From Erythrobacter sp. (GTDB taxonomy: Bacteria > Pseudomonadota > Alphaproteobacteria > Sphingomonadales > Sphingomonadaceae), in assembly GCF_011765465.1 (NCBI RefSeq), contig NZ_CP050265.1, forward strand, positions 2,642,425 to 2,706,424: DNA of 64,000 nucleotides, given 5' to 3'. Below are positions 1-9,640 of this stretch, piece after piece; position 1 is the first letter of the stretch; every line of letters begins with the position of its first letter. The position numbers and the translations under genes are program-made. A model generated the notes under the pieces. The model was given only the letters and a program-made list of their open reading frames with translations. It searched no databases and was not told where the DNA came from.

Positions 1-545
1 CCCGCGCTGCGGGCGACTTCGATGGCGCGGCGCATCGCCTTGCGCGGTTCCTCGGGATCCCACAGGTAGCCTTCGAGATAGAGGATCGCGCCGCTCGCGA
101 TCAGGCTTTCGTCGAGCGCGGTCGCGGGCAGGTACTGGCCCGCGCCGAGAAAGGTGTTCATCGTCCGCTCCCCATCGGGGGTGACGAAGATCAGGCAGCG
201 CCCGGTCGGCGGGTCGCCTGCGCGCATCGGCGTGTCGAAATCGATCCCCGCCGCGCGGATGTCGTGGGCGAACACCTTGCCGAACTGGTCGTCGGCGACC
301 TGCCCGATGAAGGCGCATTGCGTGCCGAGCTGCGACAGCCCCGCCAGCGTGTTCGCCGCCGAGCCGCCCGATTTCTCGGTCGCGGGGCCCATCGCTTCGT
401 AAAGCCGGTCCGCGCCCGGCGCATCGACCAGCGTCATCCCGCCGCGATTCAGTTCGAGTTCCTCGATCGTTTCGTCGTCGCACGAAGCGATGATGTCGAC
501 GATGGCGTTGCCGATGGCGATCACGTCATAGCGCGGTTCGGTCAC
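1..545 (-). CDS. PfkB-family carbohydrate/adenosine kinase (partial, runs off the left edge)
   Basis: GTG start at 545 translates MTEPRYDVIAIGNAIVDIIASCDD...GGSAANT..., the typical PfkB N-terminus. Not in the ORF track because the 3' end lies outside the window. Confidence 0.85.
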   Translation of the reverse strand, partial: MTEPRYDVIAIGNAIVDIIASCDDETIEELELNRGGMTLVDAPGADRLYEAMGPATEKSGGSAANTLAGLSQLGTQCAFIGQVADDQFGKVFAHDIRAAGIDFDTPMRAGDPPTGRCLIFVTPDGERTMNTFLGAGQYLPATALDESLIASGAILYLEGYLWDPEEPRKAMRRAIEVARSA

Positions 546-700
546 AGATGATGTCCCGTTGCTTGTCTTGGAAAAAGGTGTGCGACAGCGCCTAGCCCGG
601 CGCGCGGCGCAATCCAAGGGGAAGCGTAGGGAGCGATTCGGCGCAGCGTTTCGACGCAGCGGTTTGACAGGGCCGGGCCGGGCACTATCGCTCGCAGCCG

Positions 701-1420
701 ATGCAATCCGTGCTCACCTCCCTTGCCACGGCATTCGGGCAGCTCACCGATCCGGCGGTGATCCGGGTCGCGGCGAAGAGCGTGTTCGTCACCCTGCTGG
801 TCTTCGCGGCGGGCGGGGTCGGGCTGTGGTGGGGGCTCGAAAGCGCCATCGGCGTCTTCTTCGCAAGCTTTCTGCCGGAACGCTTCAATAACGCTGCGGC
901 GGCGGTCCTCGCGGTGTTCCTGTGGCTGGTCGGCTTCTGGCTGTTGTTCCGCATCGTTGCGCTCGCCGTGCTGCAATTCTTCGCCGACGAGATCATTGCC
1001 GCGGTCGAGGCGCGTCACTATCCGCAGGCGGCTGCGCGGGCGAAGCCGCTGCCTTTCGGGCGCGATCTCGCCAATTCGCTGCGCGGGGCGGGCCGCGCGC
1101 TGGCGCTGAACGCGCTGACCCTGCCTCTGATTGTCTTGCTGTGGATCACCGGGATCGGCCCGGCTCTCGTGGTGCTGCTCGTCAACGCTTTCCTGCTGGG
1201 GCGCGAGCTGACCGACATGGCGTGGCTGCGGCACGAGAGCGAGTGCCCGGCAAACCCGGTTCCGAAAGCGCAGCGCTTCGCGCTCGGTGCGGCGGTCGCG
1301 GGGCTGATGCTGGTGCCATTCGCCAATCTCCTCGCGCCCATTGTCGGCGCGGCCGCCGGAACCCATCTCGCCCAGCGCGCGCTCACGGGGCGCGCGGGAA
1401 GGGAGACTGCCGATGCCTGA
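701..1420 (+). CDS. EI24/CysZ-like integral membrane protein
   Basis: 239 aa with several TM helices and the motifs F(F)ADEIIAAVEARHYP and NAFLLGRELTDM typical of EI24-domain proteins. Confidence 0.75.
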   Translation: MQSVLTSLATAFGQLTDPAVIRVAAKSVFVTLLVFAAGGVGLWWGLESAIGVFFASFLPERFNNAAAAVLAVFLWLVGFWLLFRIVALAVLQFFADEIIAAVEARHYPQAAARAKPLPFGRDLANSLRGAGRALALNALTLPLIVLLWITGIGPALVVLLVNAFLLGRELTDMAWLRHESECPANPVPKAQRFALGAAVAGLMLVPFANLLAPIVGAAAGTHLAQRALTGRAGRETADA

Positions 1421-1829
1421 AAGCCCGCGCCTTTTCGCCGCCTGCGCCACTCTGGCGCTGCTGTCGGCCTGCGCCGGAGGCACCGCGGTCCCGCTGCCCT
1501 CGCCCGGAGCGAGCCCCGCGCCCCGCCCCGCCGAGCCCTTCCGCGCGCCCCGCCCCCAGCCGGGCGGCGACCTCGCCGGGGTGATGGGCGCGGACACGCG
1601 AGCGCTCTACGCCCGTTTCGGCGAACCGCGCATCGACCTCGTCGAGGGCGACGCGCGCAAGCTGCAATTCTCGGGCGATGCCTGCGTTCTCGACATCTAC
1701 CTCTACCCCCTTACCCAAGGCGGCGCGCCGGTCGCGACTCATGTCGAGGCGCGGCTGCGGCAAGGCGGCACGGAGACCTCGCGCGAAGCCTGCATCGCCG
1801 AGATCGAGCGCGCGCGCGACACGCGGTAA
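1413..1829 (+). CDS. Putative lipoprotein of unknown function
   Basis: ATG at 1413 overlaps the upstream stop; lipobox LLSAC followed by a Pro-rich linker and a small Cys-containing domain. Confidence 0.7.
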   Translation: MPESPRLFAACATLALLSACAGGTAVPLPSPGASPAPRPAEPFRAPRPQPGGDLAGVMGADTRALYARFGEPRIDLVEGDARKLQFSGDACVLDIYLYPLTQGGAPVATHVEARLRQGGTETSREACIAEIERARDTR

Positions 1830-1892
1830 CGCGGTCTTAAGCCTGTTCGTGCCATGCCCCCATGCAAAGCCACGCAGGGGACAGGCCCGAAA

Positions 1893-2834
1893 ATGACGAC
1901 GCATTTCACCGAACTCGCGCGCCGCGCGGCTGCCGATGGGCAGGTTTCCGCGCACGAGCTGCTCGCGCTGCGCCAGCAGGGCTGGGGCGACGGCATCATC
2001 ACCCGCGAAGAGGCCGAGGCGCTGTTCGCGGTCAACAATGTCCTCACCGAACGGGACGAACCGTGGTGCGATTTCTTCGTCGAGGCGATCGGCGAATATG
2101 TCCTCAACGGCAACGAGCCGCGCCTGCAATGCTCCGAGGCCGAAGCGCAATGGCTGATTGACCAGGTCGACCACGACGGCGTCGTCGAGAGCCTCGTCGA
2201 ACTCGAAACCATCGTGCGCATCGTCGAGCGCGCGCAGAACGTGCCGGTTCGCCTGAAGGATTACGTCCTCGTCCAGGTCGAACGCGAGGTGCTCACCGGT
2301 ATCGGCCCGACCCGCTGCGGCGGGGCGCTTTCCGCGACCCACATCACCGCGGCCGAATGCCGCATCATCCGCCGGGTGATCTTCGCCAGCGGCGGGCACG
2401 GCCCGGCGGCAGTGAGCCGCTACGATGCCGAAATGCTGTTCCGCCTGAAGGACGAGACGCTGGCCGAGGAAAACGCGTCCGAATGGGACGACCTCTTCCT
2501 CGACGGCGTGTCGAACTACCTCAAGGGCTTCGCGCTCCAGAACGCCCAGCTCGACCATGATCGCGCTCGCGAACTGCGGGCCTTCATCGCCGACAGCAAG
2601 CCGAACGTGGCGCGTTTCATGGGGCGGATGGCGAAAGAAGTGCCGAACGTCGCCAACCATTTCGGCAAGGTCTTCGGCAAGAAGGACGCCGGGCCCGGGT
2701 TCGAGGAACAGGCCGCAGCCGGGGCCGAAGTGACCGATTACGAACGCGAATGGCTGGAAAAGATGATCGACGCCGACGGCGAGGTGGACGAACTCGAACG
2801 CCGCCTGCTCGCGCGGATCATCGAGGAAGGCTGA
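1893..2834 (+). CDS. Conserved hypothetical acidic protein with an internal duplication (TerB-like / DxDG loop motifs)
   Basis: 313 aa from ATG 1893; repeated units such as DHDGVVESLVE and DADGEVDELE; high-GC3 codon usage. Confidence 0.7.
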   Translation: MTTHFTELARRAAADGQVSAHELLALRQQGWGDGIITREEAEALFAVNNVLTERDEPWCDFFVEAIGEYVLNGNEPRLQCSEAEAQWLIDQVDHDGVVESLVELETIVRIVERAQNVPVRLKDYVLVQVEREVLTGIGPTRCGGALSATHITAAECRIIRRVIFASGGHGPAAVSRYDAEMLFRLKDETLAEENASEWDDLFLDGVSNYLKGFALQNAQLDHDRARELRAFIADSKPNVARFMGRMAKEVPNVANHFGKVFGKKDAGPGFEEQAAAGAEVTDYEREWLEKMIDADGEVDELERRLLARIIEEG

Positions 2835-2849
2835 GGCGCTCCGGGCGCC

Positions 2850-3212
2850 TTACACCATGAAGCTTTCGCCGCAGCCGCACGCGCCCTTGGCGTTGGGGTT
2901 CTCGAACACGAAACCGGCAGTGAAATCATCCTCCTGCCAGTCCATCACCGAACCGACGAGGTAGAGCACGCTCGCCCCGTCGATGTAGAAGGTGCCGCCG
3001 GGCGTTTCGATCTTCTCGTCGAATTTCTGCTCTTCGGTGACGTAATCGACCGAATAGGCAAGACCCGAGCAGCCCCGGCGCGGAGTCGACAGCTTGACCC
3101 CGATCGCGTCGGCGGGCGCGTTCTCCATCAGGTGCGCGATCCGCGCTTCAGCGCCCTTGGTCAGGGTCACGGCGGCGGGCATCTGGCGAGTTTTCGTTTC
3201 GGTCGTCATCAC
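2850..3212 (-). CDS. sufA: A-type Fe-S carrier (HesB/IscA/SufA family)
   Basis: RRGCSG and CGCGESF motifs; last gene of the suf operon. Start is GTG 3212 or ATG 3209. Confidence 0.9.
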   Translation of the reverse strand: MMTTETKTRQMPAAVTLTKGAEARIAHLMENAPADAIGVKLSTPRRGCSGLAYSVDYVTEEQKFDEKIETPGGTFYIDGASVLYLVGSVMDWQEDDFTAGFVFENPNAKGACGCGESFMV

Positions 3213-3724
3213 AGCATTCCCAGTTCGAGGCGCGCTTCATCCGACATTTTCTCGGGGCTCCACGGCGGATCCCACACGAGCACGACTTCGGCGTCGCGGA
3301 TGCCGGGGACGGAGCAGACGCGCATTTCGACCTCGCCCGGCATCGTCTCGGCGACGGGGCAGTGCGGCGTCGTCAGCGTCATGGTGACGGTCGCGTCGCA
3401 TTCCTCGTCGACCTCGACACCATAGATAAGACCCAGATCGTAGATGTTAACCGGGATCTCCGGATCGTAGATCTCACGCAGCGCCTCGATCACCGCGCCC
3501 TGCAATTCGCCGCCCGCGCCGGTCGCGGGGGTTTCCGCCGGAGTCGCGGCGAGGAAGCCTTCGAGATAGTCGCGTTCGCGCTTTTCGCCCGGCTCATCGG
3601 GATCGACCGCGTCCTCGACCCGCGCGCGCGGGGGTTTCGGGGGCGCTTCGGTCGCTTCGATGACGTTTTCGTTCGGGGCGGGAGCTGCCACGTAGTCGCG
3701 GGTTTCGTTTTCGTTGTCGGTCAT
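3209..3724 (-). CDS. sufT: SUF-system Fe-S assembly protein (DUF59/SufT-like)
   Basis: IYDPEIPVNIYDLGLIY, TLTTPHCP and WDPPW motifs; position in the suf operon. Confidence 0.9.
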   Translation of the reverse strand: MTDNENETRDYVAAPAPNENVIEATEAPPKPPRARVEDAVDPDEPGEKRERDYLEGFLAATPAETPATGAGGELQGAVIEALREIYDPEIPVNIYDLGLIYGVEVDEECDATVTMTLTTPHCPVAETMPGEVEMRVCSVPGIRDAEVVLVWDPPWSPEKMSDEARLELGML

Positions 3725-3736
3725 GAGCCTGATCCT

Positions 3737-4966
3737 TCAGGAACTGTGTCCAAAGATTTTCCGGGTGCGCTGGATTCCGCCGATCAGCGCATCGACATCG
3801 GCCTCACTCGAATAGAGGCCGAAACTGGCGCGGGCAGTCGCGGGGACGCCGAGATAGTCCATCAGCGGTTGCGCGCAATGATGCCCGGCGCGGATCGCGA
3901 CATTCGCCTCGTCGAGGATCGTGCCGAGGTCGTGCGGGTGGATGTCGCCGATCGCGAAGCTGACGATGCCGGCGCTGTCCTCGGGCCCGAAGACGCGCAC
4001 GTCGTTCATCGCGGTGAGTTCGCGGCGGAGCTTCGCCACCAGCTTCGCCTCGCGCTCGTGGATGGTGTCCATCCCGATTTCCGCGACGTAGTCGGCGGCC
4101 GCGGCGAACGCGATCGCTTCGGTGATCGCGGGCGTCCCGGCTTCGAACCGCTGCGGGGCGGGGGCGTAAGTCGTTTTCTCGAAAGTCACGCGGTCGATCA
4201 TCGCCCCGCCGCCTTCCCACGGCGGCATGGCGGCGAGGATGTCGCCTTTCGCCCACAGCGCGCCGATCCCGGTCGGGCCATAGAGCTTGTGCGCGGAAAA
4301 GACGTAGAAATCGCAGCCGAGTTCGGTCACGTCGACCGCCATGTGCGGGGCCGACTGGCATCCGTCGAGCAGCAGCTTCGCGCCCACGCCGTGCGCCAGT
4401 TTCGCGGCGCGCGGGGCATCGAGCACGCTGCCGAGCACGTTCGAGACATGGCACAGCGCAACCAGCTTGTGCTTCGGCGTGAGCATCGCCTCGGCCGCAT
4501 CGAGATCGATCCGGTGGTCCTCGGTCAGCGGACAGACATCGATTTCGGCGCCGGTCGCCGCGGCCACCATCTGCCACGGCACGATGTTCGAATGGTGTTC
4601 GAGCTGCGAGAGCAGGATGCGGTCGCCCTCTTTCAGGTTCGCCCGGCCCCAGGAATTGGCAACGAGGTTGATCGCCTCGGTCGCGCCGCGGGTGAAGACG
4701 ATCTCGTCCTCCTTGCCGCCGAGGAAATCCGCGATCCGCCGCCGCGCGCTCTCATACCCGAGCGTCATCTGCGCCGAGCGCGAATAGACCCCGCGATGGA
4801 CCGTGGCGTAATCCTCGCCCAGCGCGCGGGCCATGGCATCGATCACGGCGCGCGGCTTCTGCGCGGTCGCGGCGGTGTCGAGATAATGCCACGGCTCGCC
4901 CTCGGGCGTGAACATCCCTGGGAAATCGGCCTTCAGGTCGCGGTCTATCGTGGCGGGTGCATTCAT
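3737..4966 (-). CDS. sufS: Cysteine desulfurase, group II (SufS)
   Basis: YLDTAATAQKP, SAHKLYGPTG (PLP lysine) and RAGHHCAQP motifs. Confidence 0.95.
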   Translation of the reverse strand: MNAPATIDRDLKADFPGMFTPEGEPWHYLDTAATAQKPRAVIDAMARALGEDYATVHRGVYSRSAQMTLGYESARRRIADFLGGKEDEIVFTRGATEAINLVANSWGRANLKEGDRILLSQLEHHSNIVPWQMVAAATGAEIDVCPLTEDHRIDLDAAEAMLTPKHKLVALCHVSNVLGSVLDAPRAAKLAHGVGAKLLLDGCQSAPHMAVDVTELGCDFYVFSAHKLYGPTGIGALWAKGDILAAMPPWEGGGAMIDRVTFEKTTYAPAPQRFEAGTPAITEAIAFAAAADYVAEIGMDTIHEREAKLVAKLRRELTAMNDVRVFGPEDSAGIVSFAIGDIHPHDLGTILDEANVAIRAGHHCAQPLMDYLGVPATARASFGLYSSEADVDALIGGIQRTRKIFGHSS

Positions 4967-5721
4967 CGCGGCGCGTTCTCCAGCACGGCGAGCGCGGCGT
5001 CGAGCAGGCGCTCATGCTCGGCCTCGTCCTCCAGCGCCACGAACGCGTCGGCGATGAAGGCTTGCACCAGCAGGCGCTGGGCGAGTTCGGGCGAAAGCCC
5101 GCGCGCGGCCATGTAGAAGCGCGCACTTTCATCGAGTTCGCCGACGGTCGCGCCGTGGGCGCATTTCACGTCGTCGGCGAAGATTTCGAGCTGCGGCACG
5201 GCGTTGGCGCTGGCGCCCGCTTCGAGCAGCAGCCCCTTGAAATCCTGCGCCGCGTCAGTCTTCTGCGCGTCTTTCACGACCTTGATTTCGCCGAGGAAAT
5301 TGCCCGTCGCATCGCCCCAGTGAACGGCGCGGACGGTCTGGTTGCTGGTCGCCTCGCGCTCGGCGTGGATGGTGGTGGTGACGAATTCGCGCGTCACCTC
5401 GTCGCCGCCGATGGTCACGCCGCCGAATTCGAAGTGCGCACCCCTGGCCAGCGTCACCTCGACCTCGACGCGGGTGTAGTCGCGCCCGGCATTGGTGGCG
5501 AACAGCTCGAGCCGCGCCCCTTCGCCCAGCGTCACGCGGATGCGGTGCAGTTCGGGCGAGTCGCCGCCCACGACCATGCATTCGCGCCGCGTCTCGCCCG
5601 CATCGAGCGCGATTTCGCGCCACTGGTCGAGCGCGTCCGCGCCGATCCGGCCGAGCGCGTCGATATCGGCATAGCGCCACGCTTCCTCGCGGCGGGTGGG
5701 AAGGGTCGCTGCCTCAGGCAT
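4963..5721 (-). CDS. sufD: SufD-family Fe-S assembly protein (short form, 252 aa)
   Basis: LPTRREEAWRY N-terminus; PQLEIFADDVKCAHGATVG and FYMAARG C-terminal motifs. Confidence 0.9.
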   Translation of the reverse strand: MPEAATLPTRREEAWRYADIDALGRIGADALDQWREIALDAGETRRECMVVGGDSPELHRIRVTLGEGARLELFATNAGRDYTRVEVEVTLARGAHFEFGGVTIGGDEVTREFVTTTIHAEREATSNQTVRAVHWGDATGNFLGEIKVVKDAQKTDAAQDFKGLLLEAGASANAVPQLEIFADDVKCAHGATVGELDESARFYMAARGLSPELAQRLLVQAFIADAFVALEDEAEHERLLDAALAVLENAPR

Positions 5722-6478
5722 CAGCCATCACCGCGTCATAGCCTTCTTCCTCGAGCCGCAGCGCGAGTTCCGGTCCGCCGGTCTGGACGATCCGGCCGTC
5801 GGCCAGCACGCTCACGCGGTCGGGCTTCACCACGTCGAGCAGGCGCTGGTAGTGGGTGATGAGCAGAACACCCTTGTCGGGCGCGCGCATGATCGCATTG
5901 ATCCCCTCGCCCACGACGCGCAGCGCGTCGATGTCGAGGCCGCTATCCGTCTCGTCGAGCACGGCGAAATCGGGGTCGAGAATGCCCATCTGGACCATTT
6001 CGGCGCGCTTCTTCTCGCCGCCGGAAAAGCCGACATTCACCTGCCGCTTGAGCATTTCCATGTCCATCTTGAGCAGGCCGGCCTTTTCCTTGGCGAGCTT
6101 GAGGAATTCGCCGCCGCTGACGGCTTCCTCGCCCCGGAACTTGCGCTGGGCGTTCAAGGCTTCGCGCAGGAACTGGACGTTGGACACGCCGGGAATTTCG
6201 ACCGGGTACTGGAAGCCGAGGAACAGGCCGGAAGCGGCGCGTTCGTGGGGTTCGAGTTCGAACAGGTCCTGCCCCTTGAAGGTCACGCTGCCGCCGGTCA
6301 CTTCGTAGCCCGGCTTGCCGCCGAGCACGTTGGCGAGCGTCGACTTGCCCGCGCCGTTGGGGCCCATGATCGCGTGGACTTCGCCCGCCGCGACTTCAAG
6401 GGTCAGGCCCTTGAGGATCTGCTTGGTGCCCTTGTCACCATCGGCAACTTCGGCGGTGAGATTTTCAATAGCCAGCAT
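5714..6478 (-). CDS. sufC: Fe-S assembly ATPase SufC
   Basis: Walker A GPNGAGKST; GFSGGEKKR signature; LDETDSGLDID. Confidence 0.95.
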   Translation of the reverse strand: MLAIENLTAEVADGDKGTKQILKGLTLEVAAGEVHAIMGPNGAGKSTLANVLGGKPGYEVTGGSVTFKGQDLFELEPHERAASGLFLGFQYPVEIPGVSNVQFLREALNAQRKFRGEEAVSGGEFLKLAKEKAGLLKMDMEMLKRQVNVGFSGGEKKRAEMVQMGILDPDFAVLDETDSGLDIDALRVVGEGINAIMRAPDKGVLLITHYQRLLDVVKPDRVSVLADGRIVQTGGPELALRLEEEGYDAVMADA

Positions 6479-7010
6479 CGCCAGCCTCCTTGCTTGGTTT
6501 GTCGGTTTCGCCCGTGCCTTCGATTTCCATGCGGCTCTTGACCACGGAGGCGTCGCGCAATTCGATCACCAGCCCCTTGGGCCGGGTCGCCTCGTAGTTG
6601 TCGGTCCTCGCCTGGGCATTGGCGAGGTTCTGAGTGAACTGCTTGTCGAGATCGGCCCCGCGCGCGATGTGGATGAGGCCGATGTTTTCGAACAGGGTTT
6701 CGATCTCGCCGTCGCTCATCGGGGTTTTCGCGCCGCGCATCATGTCCTTCGAAGCGGCGACCGCCTCGGCGCGCTCTTCGGCGCAGCGCGGGATGTCGGC
6801 GCGGTGCTGCTGCTCGAAATCGGCGACGCCGGTGATGCGCCGGTTCGAGAGGTTGAGGCAGCTGCGATAGTCCTGCACGTAGGGCCGCAGGAGGCGCGGG
6901 TATTCCACCACCCAGGTTTCCGGGTCGTCGTTCTTGATCGCGACGGCGGCCTCGCCAACGCCCTGCAGGGCGAAAAGCGGCGCAGCGACGGTGAGGGCGA
7001 GCGAGATCAT
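6465..7010 (-). CDS. Hypothetical exported protein embedded in the suf operon
   Basis: ATG at 7010 gives [17 protein letters not shown]..., a signal-like N-terminus, 181 aa. Overlaps the upstream stop (ATGA) and the sufC start. Confidence 0.7.
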   Translation of the reverse strand: MISLALTVAAPLFALQGVGEAAVAIKNDDPETWVVEYPRLLRPYVQDYRSCLNLSNRRITGVADFEQQHRADIPRCAEERAEAVAASKDMMRGAKTPMSDGEIETLFENIGLIHIARGADLDKQFTQNLANAQARTDNYEATRPKGLVIELRDASVVKSRMEIEGTGETDKPSKEAGDAGY

Positions 7011-7497
7011 CGGCGGCCCCCTGCGTGTTGCGCGTTGTGGCGGTTGCGGGCTTCCTGCTTGTCGGCAATGCGCTGGCGCATCCCGGCGGTGATGCGGGCG
7101 AGCACGCCGTCCATGTTCTCGAGGATTTCCGACGCCTTGATGCGCATGACCTTGATCCCGACCGCCTCGAGGCTCCTGTCGCGGCGAGTGGCGAGCGCTT
7201 CGGTGTCGCCTTCCTCGAAGATGTCGACCGCCATGCCGAGCGTGTGGCAGTTGAAATCGACGATCGCCGAGCCGACCACCGCATGGCGGGTGAATGTGTG
7301 CCGGCCGAGGTCCGCCTTGGCGAACCGCGCCGCGAGCGCCTTGTGCGCCTCGGACGAATGCCGCCGCAGCTCGCGCGCCTGGGCGTGAAGCTGGTCGAGC
7401 CGCTTCTCCGAAATTTCCCACCCGCGCCCCTTTTTCTTGAGCGCGGGGGCGGTGGAGTCCTCGGAGGGCTCGCGGAGTTGGAGGGTCTTGCGGTCGG

Positions 7498-7501
<4 letters not shown>
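7007..7501 (-). CDS. DUF559 (Vsr-like endonuclease fold) protein with degenerate catalytic motif
   Basis: TTG start at 7501 overlaps the sufB stop. ARELRR...IVDF.C...[15 protein letters not shown]...ENMDGVL matches the DUF559 pattern. Confidence 0.75.
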
Positions 7502-9020
<1,519 letters not shown>

Positions 9021-9024
<4 letters not shown>

Positions 9025-9461
9025 GCGGCCCTCTCTTCAATCGTGGGTCGGGTTTTCGGCGGCGGTGGATCGCGCAGCTGGGCGAGCGTGATCTCGGCCA
9101 GTGCGCCGCGCAGCGCGTCGTTGATGATCGGCCAGTGCGGCTTCATCGAGCAGCCGGCCTCGAAATCGCAGTCGCCATGGTCGATGCAGGCGGTCAGCGC
9201 GATGGGGCCTTCGACCGCCTCGACGATGTCGGCAACGGTGATCGCCGCGGCAGGCCGGCCCAGTTGCAGCCCGCCGCCCGCGCCGCGGACCGAGCGCAGC
9301 AGGCCCGCCGCGGTCAGTTTCGACACGAGCCGTTGCACCGTCGGCACCGGAAGCCCGGTTTCGCTCGCCAGTTCCGCCGCGCTCACTCGCCCGTCGCCGC
9401 AATGGCGTGACGCCTGCGACATGGTGATGACGGCATAATCGGCGAGGTTGGAAAGGCGCAT
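9021..9461 (-). CDS. Rrf2-family (IscR-like) SUF-system regulator
   Basis: [19 protein letters not shown], and a C-x5-C-x5-C cluster-ligand motif; first gene of the suf operon. Confidence 0.9.
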
Positions 9462-9486
9462 CGGCTCCTGCTTGCGAATGATTCTC

Positions 9487-9511
9487 AAATCGGACTATTT
9501 CGTTCCGATTA
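9487..9511. promoter_or_regulatory. IscR type-1-like operator upstream of the suf operon
   Basis: AATCGGA-N9-TCCGATT inverted repeat (9488-9510), about 25 bp upstream of the Rrf2 start; core GACTATTT resembles the IscR type-1 site. Confidence 0.6.
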
Positions 9512-9640
9512 GGAAATACGAGCAAAATGCTCGGATTTCAATGCCCGATGGCCTGTTGCGAGTCGTTAGCGAAAGGGGCGCGCAACCTGTCGGCGCGCGC
9601 CCCTCGCTCGATCGAATCGATCGCGGCGGGAAACTGCGGC

